Source: Deltaproteobacteria bacterium (GTDB lineage Bacteria; Myxococcota_A; Polyangia; Nannocystales; Nannocystaceae). From it: 64,000 bases of DNA. The position numbers were made by a program, and so were the translations under genes. Position 1 is the stretch's first letter. Every line of letters begins with the position of its first letter. Positions 18,579-27,278 of this stretch are shown piece by piece. The notes beneath the pieces were generated by a model. That model saw only the letters and a program-made list of their open reading frames with translations. It ran no database searches and was not told where the DNA came from. The stretch spans positions 2,179,630-2,243,629 of the forward strand of contig JADJEE010000012.1 in the NCBI GenBank assembly GCA_016709225.1. Reading direction: 5' to 3'.

Positions 18579-20519
18579 ATGACACCCATCGAGAACATCC
18601 GCTCCGATCGTTCCATCGTCGCGCGTCCCCGCGGGCTCGCTCGCTTCGCGCCGCTCATGATGGTCGCGTCGCTGGCGATCGCGTGCAAGAAGGACGACGC
18701 CAAGCCCGCGGATGCCAAGGGCACCGAGAGCAAGGACGGCAAGGTCGCCGACGCCGACACCAAGGACGGCAAGGCACCCGACGCCAAGACGCCCGACGCC
18801 AAGGCGCCAACGCCGACGGGCGACGCGCCGGTGGTCGCGCCTTCGCTCACCCGCGGCGACGTGCTCGCGCACGTCATGTTCGCCAACCCGTCGGTGCTGC
18901 TCGGCGAGATCAAGACCCAGATCGTGCCCGAGTCGGCCGCGCAGTTCGTCGACGAGTCGTTCCTGCGCACGATGGGCGGCGGTGCGCTGGGCTCACGCAG
19001 CGCACTCGCGACCAACCTCGACCTCGCCAAGCCGATGGGCTGCGCGCTGGTCGACAGCACCACCACCAAGGCGCCGCTGGCCTGCGTGATCGGCTACACC
19101 GGTGGCTCGAAGCAGCTCGTCACCGACCTCGGTGAAGAGGGCAAGCAGACCGACGCGGGCTCGCACATCGCGAAGTACTCGGTGAACGGCCAGGACCTCT
19201 TCATCGACGACCTCGGCGGCGAGGTCATCGTCAGCAACGCCGACGAGCTGTTCGGCAAGGCCCGGAGCTACCTCGCGGACTCCATCATCGGGCGCGCCAG
19301 CGCCATGAAGACCGACGTCGAGATCGTCGCCTACCCGGCCGACCTCATGCGTCGCTACGACGCCGAGCTCCGTCCGGTGTTCGACGCCATGGCCAAGCCC
19401 CCGACGCTGCCGACCGGCGGCAGCGCGGGCGAGAAGTTCGCCGGCGCCATGGCCGAGTACGGCATGAAGTCGAACGAGCGCACGCTCAAGATGATGCAGG
19501 AGATGCAGCAGTTCTCGATGGCGATGTCGGTCGACGGCGCCGGCCTCGAGCTGACCTACGCGCTGCAGCCCACGCCCGGCACCGAGCTCGCGAAGCAGTA
19601 CGAGATCACCTCCGCCGGCCCGGTCGATGCCGCGTTCGTGTCGTCGCTGCCGCGCTCGAGCTGGGGCGTGATGGGCTTCAACGCGCACATGTCCGAGGCG
19701 CTCGACACCGGCCCCGTGAAGGAGCTCCGCAGCGCGCTCGTGAAGGGCTATGCCGAGGCACTCGGCAAGGATGCCGCGCAGACCGAGGCCGCACTCGTCG
19801 AGTTCGCCAACGAGGCCCGCGCGACCTACTCCGGTCACTCCGCACTGGCACTCATGCAGGAGCCCGGTAGCGTCGGTGCGCTCGCGGCCGTGTTCGGCCT
19901 CAAGGACGGCGTCAACGCCCGCGAGGCCTGGAAGACCTGGTCGGGTGGATTCACCGTCGAGTCGTTGCTCGGCGCCGACGCGGCCAAGAAGGTCACGTGG
20001 AGCTTCCAGTTCGACGCCGCGAAGGTCGGCGAGGTCGCCGTCGATCGCTGGGTCATCGAGCCCACCGACGAGGTGAAGGCCGAGATGCGCAAGGACGGCG
20101 GCGCCAAGCTGGCCGAGTGGGAGACCAAGCTCGGCGGCCTCAAGCTCGTCGTCAACCGCGTCGAGCGCGATGGCAAGGTCGCGTGGATCATCGGCTCGGC
20201 CGCCGACGAGGCCTCGACCAAGGCGGTCGTGGACGCGATGGCGGGCAGCGCCTCGCTGGCCGGTGATCCGGGCCTCGACAGCGCGCTCGCACGCACGCCG
20301 GGCGCGTCGGCCATCATGGCCCTCAACGTCAAGGGCATGCTCGCGTGGATCGCCACGCTCGCGCCACCCGAGGAGGCCGCGAAGATCCCGACGGGCATCG
20401 GCAGCGATCTGAACGACGTGGTCATCACGACCACGTACTCGCCGTCGGGTCCGCAGGTCGGCGAGATCGCGTTCTCGCAGAAGCTGGTCGACGGCGTCCG
20501 CGCGCTGGCGAACAAGTAG
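18579..20519 (+). CDS. Hypothetical lipoprotein (646 aa) with K/D/A-rich linker
   Basis: Start MTPIENIRSD…LMMVASLAIACKKDD (lipobox LAIAC), then a KDGKAPDAKTPDAKAPTP low-complexity linker and a large globular domain. Divergent from the S41 peptidase. Confidence 0.6.
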   Translation: MTPIENIRSDRSIVARPRGLARFAPLMMVASLAIACKKDDAKPADAKGTESKDGKVADADTKDGKAPDAKTPDAKAPTPTGDAPVVAPSLTRGDVLAHVMFANPSVLLGEIKTQIVPESAAQFVDESFLRTMGGGALGSRSALATNLDLAKPMGCALVDSTTTKAPLACVIGYTGGSKQLVTDLGEEGKQTDAGSHIAKYSVNGQDLFIDDLGGEVIVSNADELFGKARSYLADSIIGRASAMKTDVEIVAYPADLMRRYDAELRPVFDAMAKPPTLPTGGSAGEKFAGAMAEYGMKSNERTLKMMQEMQQFSMAMSVDGAGLELTYALQPTPGTELAKQYEITSAGPVDAAFVSSLPRSSWGVMGFNAHMSEALDTGPVKELRSALVKGYAEALGKDAAQTEAALVEFANEARATYSGHSALALMQEPGSVGALAAVFGLKDGVNAREAWKTWSGGFTVESLLGADAAKKVTWSFQFDAAKVGEVAVDRWVIEPTDEVKAEMRKDGGAKLAEWETKLGGLKLVVNRVERDGKVAWIIGSAADEASTKAVVDAMAGSASLAGDPGLDSALARTPGASAIMALNVKGMLAWIATLAPPEEAAKIPTGIGSDLNDVVITTTYSPSGPQVGEIAFSQKLVDGVRALANK

Positions 20520-20601
20520 CCCTCGCGTCGGGGCGACGACGGCGTCCATCACCGCCGTCGTCGCGCCCACGGGCGGCCGACGCAACCGCGTCGGCTCCGC
20601 C

Positions 20602-20781
20602 TCACGCTGCGCGCTTGACCGCCACCGGCACGGTGCCGCTGGCGTCGTCGAGCGACCGACGGGCCCTGTCGAACAACCGCGCCTCGCGGACGCGCTGCAC
20701 CTCGTTCGCCATCGCCTCGGTCGTCACCGCATCGACGAAGCGCGACACGAAGGCGTAGTAGCGGATATTCGGAGCTTGCAT
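20602..20781 (-). CDS. Small hypothetical protein (59 aa)
   Basis: ATG preceded by GGGAGGAACGACC (strong RBS). MQAPNIRYYAFVSRFVDAVTTEAMANEVQRVREARLFDRARRSLDDASGTVPVAVKRAA. The rest of the 512-aa track ORF is Arg-rich junk. Confidence 0.4.
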   Translation of the reverse strand: MQAPNIRYYAFVSRFVDAVTTEAMANEVQRVREARLFDRARRSLDDASGTVPVAVKRAA

Positions 20782-21096
20782 GGTCGTTCCTCCCGTCCTG
20801 CCAAACCCAACGGAGCTCGGGTGCTGGCCTGACACCCGAACAACGAGTGCAGGCGCCGTACCATATCGAGGCACGTCCGATCGCGGTCCGGTGTTCCCGT
20901 CGATCGTCCCAGGGCGGGCCGCAGGGGTCGCGGCGGGGACCGTGGCCGATCGCCCGAAACGCGGCGCGACGGCCCGTGCTTTCGCGTAGTTCGGTCGGTC
21001 CGGTGCGATCCCCGAGCGGACGGGAACGGACCCGCGCGTGTCGAAGTTGTGGCCCCGCCCGCCAGATTGCCGACGGTGCAGCGTCGGAGTTCCATC

Positions 21097-22023
21097 ATGC
21101 GACACGTGGACGAGCCGCACACTGGTCGAATCGCGCGCAGCTGCGAGGCCTGCGGCGCGGTGGTGTCGCTGCCGGCGGAGCGGATCGCAGACCAATGTCC
21201 TTGGTGCGGATCGCGGCTCGTGGATGCCAGTGCCGCGGCCCACATCGATGCGGTGTGCCCCTTCGTCGTGTCCGAGCGGGCGGCGACGACACGGCTGCGC
21301 GAGCACGTCGCGGACGCGTTCTGGGCGCCCCGGGAGCTGCGGCAGCTGGCCCGCAGCGGGCAGCTGCGACCCGAGGCCCTGCGCGGTGTGCTGGTGCCGT
21401 ACTACGCGTTCGATGGCGTGACACAGTCGCGTTGGCAGGCCCGCATCGGGATCGATTGGTGGCGCACCGAGATGGTCCGCGACGAGCAGGGCCGGGCCCG
21501 CAAGCGACGGGTGCGTGAGACCGAGTGGCACGAGCTGCGGGGCACCGCAGTGGGTGAGTTCGTGGCGCAGCTGCAGTGCGGCTCGACCGCGCTGCGCGAG
21601 CACGAGATCGCGGGCCTGGGCCGTTTCGATCTCGGCACCGCGGTGGCCTTCGATCCGCGCGTGCTCGCCGGCTTCGCGGCCGAGCTGCCGGCGCTGCGGG
21701 CCGACGAGGTCGCCCACGCGGCGGTGACGGCCGCACGCGCCGCCGCCACGCGCCGCATCGAGACCGAGGTGCTCCCGGGCGAGCATCCGAGCCTCACATC
21801 GATTGCGACCGAGGTGCGCTTCGCCGCGCCCAAGCTCGCGCTGGTCCCGGTGTGGATCGCGAGCTATCGCCACCGCGGCCGCACGCATCGACTGCTGGTG
21901 CACGGCCAGTGCGGGCGCTGCGTCGGCCGGCCGCCAATCGATCGTGGCAAGGTGACGATCGCCGCGATGACGATCGCCGTGGTGGTGGTGGCGTGGCTGT
22001 GGCTGGCGGGGGTGTGGTCGTGA
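21097..22023 (+). CDS. Zinc-ribbon / C-terminal TM-anchor protein (paralogue A)
   Basis: N-terminal CxxC…CxxC ribbon (SCEACGAVVSLPAERIADQCPWCGS), central conserved region, C-terminal …RLLVHGQCGRCVGRPPIDRGKVTIAAMTIAVVVVAWLWL TM helix. Collinear similarity to the next gene. Confidence 0.55.
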   Translation: MRHVDEPHTGRIARSCEACGAVVSLPAERIADQCPWCGSRLVDASAAAHIDAVCPFVVSERAATTRLREHVADAFWAPRELRQLARSGQLRPEALRGVLVPYYAFDGVTQSRWQARIGIDWWRTEMVRDEQGRARKRRVRETEWHELRGTAVGEFVAQLQCGSTALREHEIAGLGRFDLGTAVAFDPRVLAGFAAELPALRADEVAHAAVTAARAAATRRIETEVLPGEHPSLTSIATEVRFAAPKLALVPVWIASYRHRGRTHRLLVHGQCGRCVGRPPIDRGKVTIAAMTIAVVVVAWLWLAGVWS

Positions 22024-22874
22024 TCGTCGTGCGTTGCGATGCATGCGGCGGCACGGTGACGTTCGATGCCGATCACGCGCGGGCACAGTGCCGCTTCTGC
22101 GCCGCGGTCGCGCTGGTCCCGGTGCCGCTCGACCGCCCACCGCCGCCGCCGCGTGAGGTCATCCCCTTCGCGATCGACGAGGCGCTGGCCCGGGAGCGCT
22201 TCGCGACGTGGACCCGCAGCTCGTGGTGGCATGCGCGGGACCTCGGCGCGGCGGTGGTGCAGCTGCGACCGCTGTGGTTGCCGGCGTGGCGGGCCCGTGC
22301 CGAGGTCGAGCTGCACTGGGCTGGCTTGGTGCGCGCCGACACCCGCAGCGGCCGACGCCCGCGCAGCGGCATCGATCGAGCGCCCGCGCAGGCCTTGGTG
22401 CCGGCCTCGCTGGGCATCTCGCAGCGCGAGCTCGACGCGCTCGGCGGCTTCTCGACCCGTCGGCGTCCGTGGCTCGACGACGACGCCGAGATCACGCGGG
22501 AGCTGCCCAATCTCAGCGAGGCGGGTGCGCGGGCGCAGATCCAACGGGCGCTGCAGGCTGAGCGGCTGCGCGAGGTCGCGGCACGCGAACACCTGCACGA
22601 TGCAGGCGCGACCGCACGCCTGCACGGCGTGGCGCTCGAGCTCGATGCACTGCCGATCTACATCGGCGCGTTCGCGTACCGCGGTCGGCCCTGGCGCATC
22701 GTCGTGCACGGCGAGTCCGGTCGCCTGGTCGGACGCGCACCGCTCGACCGTGTGAAGGTCACGATCGCGGTGGTGCTGGCCGCGATCGTGGCGCTCGCGG
22801 TGGCGCTGTGGCTCGAGCGGCGCGAGCCCGGCCCGCCCACGCCGAGCCCCGCGTCGGCGTCCGACCGCCGCTGA
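22020..22874 (+). CDS. Zinc-ribbon / C-terminal TM-anchor protein (paralogue B)
   Basis: GTG start overlapping the upstream stop (GTGA). RCDACGGTVTFDADHARAQCRFCAA ribbon; …RIVVHGESGRLVGRAPLDRVKVTIAVVLAAIVALAVALWL TM tail. Shares WRARIG/WRARAE and YYAFDG/YIGAF blocks with paralogue A. Confidence 0.55.
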   Translation: MIVVRCDACGGTVTFDADHARAQCRFCAAVALVPVPLDRPPPPPREVIPFAIDEALARERFATWTRSSWWHARDLGAAVVQLRPLWLPAWRARAEVELHWAGLVRADTRSGRRPRSGIDRAPAQALVPASLGISQRELDALGGFSTRRRPWLDDDAEITRELPNLSEAGARAQIQRALQAERLREVAAREHLHDAGATARLHGVALELDALPIYIGAFAYRGRPWRIVVHGESGRLVGRAPLDRVKVTIAVVLAAIVALAVALWLERREPGPPTPSPASASDRR

Positions 22875-22878
22875 CGCG

Positions 22879-25071
22879 TCAGTCCTCGACGCCGAGCTCG
22901 CGCATCAGGAACGAGAAGGTGTCGACGGACTGCGCGATCTCCTTCTTGGTCATGTCCGCGCCGCCGTGCCCCGAGTTCTCCTCGATCCGCAGCAACACTG
23001 GCTTGGACGAGACCGCCTGCATCGCGCCGACGAACTTGCGCGCGTGCATCGGATCGACGCGGTCGTCACTGTCGGCCGACAGCATCAGCAGCGACGGATA
23101 GGCGGTGTCCTTCGCGACGTGGTGGTACGGCGAATACGCGAACAAGGTCTCGAACTGCTTCGGGTCCTCGGCCGAGCCGTACTCGCTGATCCACGTGCGG
23201 CCGGCGCCGAAGCGGTGGTAGCGGACCATGTCGAGCAGCGGCACCGCACAGACCACGGCGCCGAACAGCTCGGGGTGCTGCGTCATCGCGGCGCCGACCA
23301 GCAGGCCGCCGTTGCTGCCACCCATGATGGCGAGCTTGTCGGGCCGCGTGATGTCGTTGTCGATCAGCCACTTCGCGGCGCCGGCAAAGTCGTCGAAGAC
23401 GTTCTGCTTGTGCTCGCCCATGCCGGCGCGGTGCCACGCCTCGCCGAACTCGCCGCCGCCGCGGAGGTTCGCGACCACGTACACGCCGCCCCGTTCGAGC
23501 CACAGCACCGCGCGCGAGCTGAAGCCGGGCTCGAGGCTGACGTTGAACCCGCCATAGCCGGTGAGCAGCGTGGGGTTGTCGCCGCGACGCTCCATGTCCT
23601 TGCGATGGACGACGAACATCGGGACCTTGGTGCCGTCCTTCGACTGGAACCACACCTGCTCGGTGACGAACTTCGAGGTGTCGACCGGCAGCTCGATCTT
23701 CTGCCACAGCTCGGTCTTGCCGCTCGCAATCGAGGTTCGATAGATCTGCGGCACCTCGGTGAACGAGCTGAAGTAGTAGTAGGCATCGTCTTCGTCGGGC
23801 TCGCCGAGCATGCCCGACGCACTGCCCAGACCCGGCAGCTCGACCTTGCGCACCAGCTTGCCGTCGAGCGTGCGGACCTCGAGCTCGGAGTGGGCGTCCC
23901 GCAGGTACGACAACACGAGATGGCCGCCGATGATCTGCATGCCGTCGAGCACCGCATCGCTCTCGGGCACCAGCTCCTGCCAGTCCGCGCGCGCGGGCTT
24001 GGCCGGATCGACCCGCATCACGCGGTACCGCTGCGCGCCGTCGTTGGTGTAGACGTAGAACTTGTCCTTCCACGCCCCCGCGCCGTAGACGGCCGGCTGG
24101 TCCTTCACCAGCGGCTTGAACTCGGGCGCCGCACGACGCTTGGGATCCGGCTTCCCGCGCTTGCCGTGCAGATCGGCGACGTACACGTCGGTCGCGGCCC
24201 AGCCCCGCTGATGCGTGACGAACAACCACCGGCCGTCGCGTGAGACGCTCGCGTTCACGAACCGCGTGGGATCGTGGGCCGCGGGGTAAACCACCGGGTC
24301 TTTGCTGGGGTCGCTGCCGAGCGCGTGGAAGCGGACCTCCGCGTGGCCCGGCAGCTGCTCGACCGGGATGCTCGGATCGGTCGGGAGGTTGACGTAGTAG
24401 AAGCCCGAGTCGTCGGGCAACCACGCGGCGTAGGCATAGCGCGCGCCCTCGATGGTGTCGGTCGGCATCTCGGCGCCGGTGTCGAGATCGCGCACGTACA
24501 TCGTCGAGGCGTCGGCGTTGTTGCGCGACAGCTTGTAGGCGAGGTAGCGACCGCTGCGGCTGGGCATGATGCCGTGCACCGACACGCTGCCGTCGGGGCT
24601 GAGCGTGTTCGGGTCCATCAGGACCTCCTCCTTGCCCTGCTCGCCCTTGCGGACGTAGTAGATGTCCTTCTCCTTGTCGCGATGGCTGCGGGTGTAGAAG
24701 TACCGCTCGCCGCGGCGGGTGGGCGGCGACACCGAGTCGATGTACGACAGCTCCGCGAGGCGCTTCTCGAGCTCCGCGCGCCCGGGCAACGCCTCGAGCC
24801 GCGCGCGCGCGTGGGCGTCCTGCGCCTTCATCCAGGCCTTCACCTCGGCGTTGGCGACGTCCTCGAGCCAGCGATAGGGATCGGCGACCTCGCGCCCATG
24901 GATGGTGTCGACCACATCCTCCCGGCGGGTCGGTGGGACGCCGGGGGTGGCGCCATCGGTGCTCGTCATCTTGCCTCCGCCACCGCCGGCGACCTCGGGT
25001 TCGGTCGTCGCGGTCTCGCGGCAAGCGGCCAGCGCGAGGACGAACAGGGGAACGCGGGACCAGCGATGCAT
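22879..25071 (-). CDS. Prolyl oligopeptidase (S9A family prolyl endopeptidase), secreted/lipoprotein
   Basis: N-terminal beta-propeller with DPYRWLED, C-terminal alpha/beta-hydrolase domain with GGSNGGLL (nucleophile Ser), DDRV (Asp), GHGG (His). Start at MHRWSRVPLFVLALAAC (signal/lipobox). Confidence 0.85.
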   Translation of the reverse strand: MHRWSRVPLFVLALAACRETATTEPEVAGGGGGKMTSTDGATPGVPPTRREDVVDTIHGREVADPYRWLEDVANAEVKAWMKAQDAHARARLEALPGRAELEKRLAELSYIDSVSPPTRRGERYFYTRSHRDKEKDIYYVRKGEQGKEEVLMDPNTLSPDGSVSVHGIMPSRSGRYLAYKLSRNNADASTMYVRDLDTGAEMPTDTIEGARYAYAAWLPDDSGFYYVNLPTDPSIPVEQLPGHAEVRFHALGSDPSKDPVVYPAAHDPTRFVNASVSRDGRWLFVTHQRGWAATDVYVADLHGKRGKPDPKRRAAPEFKPLVKDQPAVYGAGAWKDKFYVYTNDGAQRYRVMRVDPAKPARADWQELVPESDAVLDGMQIIGGHLVLSYLRDAHSELEVRTLDGKLVRKVELPGLGSASGMLGEPDEDDAYYYFSSFTEVPQIYRTSIASGKTELWQKIELPVDTSKFVTEQVWFQSKDGTKVPMFVVHRKDMERRGDNPTLLTGYGGFNVSLEPGFSSRAVLWLERGGVYVVANLRGGGEFGEAWHRAGMGEHKQNVFDDFAGAAKWLIDNDITRPDKLAIMGGSNGGLLVGAAMTQHPELFGAVVCAVPLLDMVRYHRFGAGRTWISEYGSAEDPKQFETLFAYSPYHHVAKDTAYPSLLMLSADSDDRVDPMHARKFVGAMQAVSSKPVLLRIEENSGHGGADMTKKEIAQSVDTFSFLMRELGVED

Positions 25072-25297
25072 CGCGGCGGATGGTAGCAGCCCCCGTGGAG
25101 GTCTCGCGGCGGAACGGATGAACGGCATGATCCGGCTTCGATCCCCGGCGCCCCCTCGCAGGTTTCGCCGCATCCGCGAGTGCCCATGCGTGGACAATCA
25201 CACCGCGACGGCGACCCCATCGAGGCCAACCACCGCCGGCCTTCGAGGACGTCGCCGGGGCGCCGCACGCTTCATCGTGGGCTCGCGCGCGCGCGCT

Positions 25298-27121
25298 CTA
25301 CTGCCCGGCCCTGCGCGCCAGGTGCTCCGGCACCATCGCCTGCGCAGGCGTGAGCACCTCGCCGGCGTAGTGATAGCCATCGTGCTCGGCGTCGGCGTAG
25401 TACGTCGAGCCATCGTCGGCGACGTAGAACAGCATCTTGCCACCGTCGTCGGAGGTGTCGAATGCCGGGAAGTCGGCGGTGATGGACTCGCGGGTGCCGT
25501 CGGGCGCGAGATAGTCGATCGTGGTCGAGAACGCCGTCTGCGCGCGGGCGCCGAAGGTGTGGCCGACCATCAGCCAGCCATCGTAGCTGGCGCCGGGATA
25601 GTCGTAGGTGGAGCCGGTCGCACCGAGCAGATGCACCGCCTTGCAGTTGTTCCACGCGGCGCTGGACTGGGCGCAGAAGTACTGCGTGCGATCGACCGCA
25701 CCGTCGCGTCGCACTGCAGTGACGTCGCGCAGGCGCAGGGGCGCCTCGGCGTCGGCGCAGCGTAGACGCCCGAAGAACATCTCCTCTGCGCCGTTGCTCG
25801 GGCCGAACTCCGAGTTCCCGCGCCAGCCGCCCATCACGTAGACCTCGTCGTCCTCGTTGACCGCGACGTCGCCGAGCGTCGCGTAGCCCGGGCCCGTGGC
25901 GATCGGAACCAGCCCGGTGGCGATGCCGGCCGCGTCGAAGTACGCCAACGCGACGTCCCAGCTCCCGGCGGAGACCCGCGAGAACGGGCCCGAGGCGGTC
26001 TCGGCGTCGAAGACCATGCCGACGATCACGTCACCCTGGCCGTCGACGTCGAGCGAGTGCACGAACTCGTCGGAGCTGCCACCCAGCGACCACGCGCGCA
26101 GCGGCTCACCCTGCTCGGACCAGGCGGCGACGAAGAGGTCGTGGGCCCCGGCGGCGACGAGGTCGTGGCCCGCGACCACGGCATTGCCGGCGAAGCGGCC
26201 GGCCGCGAGCACCTCGCCGGTCGGCGAAGCCGCGACGTGATAGACGGGTGGGTCGACGCTCGCGTCGCCCGCGGCCCACAGCACGCGGCCGTCGTCGGGA
26301 TCGAGGCGCGCCACGGTCGCGTGCCCGGTCGCAGTGGCGATGTTGCCACCGGCGACCAGCGTGCCGTCGCTGGCGATGCGCAGGTCGTAGATCACGGTGT
26401 CACTCGCGCGCCGCCATCGCACCTCGCCCGCGGCGTCGAGCTGCACCAACTCGGTGTCGCGAGGCGACCCGAGCCGCTGCACCGCAACGGTGGTGTTGCC
26501 GAGCGCATCGACGACCATTGCCGTGGCGTAGTCCGAGCTGGTGTTGGTCCCGAGCACGCGCGTCCACAGCACGTTGCCGTCGAGATCGAGGGCTCCGAGG
26601 AAGACGTCGCCGAGCGCGGCGGGCTGGCCCTGTACCGGCGGCAGCGCGTAGGTCTCGACGCCGTCGATCGCCGCGCCGACATTGATCGTGCTCGCGATCG
26701 CGATCACGCCGCCGCCCTGGGCGAGCGCCTCGAAGCCATTCATGTTGCCGTCGATGAGGGTCTTGGCCCAGACGAAGTTGCCGGATCGATCGAGCCGGGT
26801 GATGGCCGCTGGGTAGATCGACTGCGGGTGGCTCGGCAGGCGGATGTCGCCGAACACGGCGTCGCGCCCGAAGCCGACCACGCGGGTGAAGGCCGCGATC
26901 CCGCCGTCGGGCAGCGCTGCGCTCGCGACGGCGTTCTCGACACGCACCTGGAACGGCAGGTCGCTGCCGGCGTGGCGGTTCCAGCTCCGCACCGGCACGC
27001 ACGCCGCCTCGTCGACGCGATCGCCCTGCGCCGTGGGCCCTAGATCGCGTGTGCCTTCGTCGAGGGCACATGCAGACGCCAGTGCGAGCATCGACGCCAG
27101 CACGGCGATCGAGGTCCCCAT
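25298..27121 (-). CDS. Hypothetical beta-propeller-repeat lipoprotein
   Basis: Start MGTSIAVLASMLALASAC (lipobox). Repeated DG…(V/L)W / DG…L(A/V)(A/G)G blade-like motifs. No catalytic motifs recognised. Start may be ±1-3 nt. Confidence 0.55.
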   Translation of the reverse strand: MGTSIAVLASMLALASACALDEGTRDLGPTAQGDRVDEAACVPVRSWNRHAGSDLPFQVRVENAVASAALPDGGIAAFTRVVGFGRDAVFGDIRLPSHPQSIYPAAITRLDRSGNFVWAKTLIDGNMNGFEALAQGGGVIAIASTINVGAAIDGVETYALPPVQGQPAALGDVFLGALDLDGNVLWTRVLGTNTSSDYATAMVVDALGNTTVAVQRLGSPRDTELVQLDAAGEVRWRRASDTVIYDLRIASDGTLVAGGNIATATGHATVARLDPDDGRVLWAAGDASVDPPVYHVAASPTGEVLAAGRFAGNAVVAGHDLVAAGAHDLFVAAWSEQGEPLRAWSLGGSSDEFVHSLDVDGQGDVIVGMVFDAETASGPFSRVSAGSWDVALAYFDAAGIATGLVPIATGPGYATLGDVAVNEDDEVYVMGGWRGNSEFGPSNGAEEMFFGRLRCADAEAPLRLRDVTAVRRDGAVDRTQYFCAQSSAAWNNCKAVHLLGATGSTYDYPGASYDGWLMVGHTFGARAQTAFSTTIDYLAPDGTRESITADFPAFDTSDDGGKMLFYVADDGSTYYADAEHDGYHYAGEVLTPAQAMVPEHLARRAGQ

Positions 27122-27278
27122 CCACGCGCCCGCTTGCCCATGCGATCCACTGCACCCGTTCATACCCTCCACCTTTCGCGATGCCCAACGGTGCATCGCC
27201 CTCGGTAGGGGTCTGTAACGCTCGGCCGAGGTTGGTTCGGTCGGCCCGGTCGGTCGTGCTGGGGCGCGCGGGCCGGCC

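Noticed and set aside
20602-22140. 512-aa minus-strand ORF spanning the zinc-ribbon gene region
   Set aside because: Only the C-terminal 59 aa (20602..20781), which have their own strong RBS, look protein-like. The remainder is Arg-rich antisense of the well-supported + strand paralogues.
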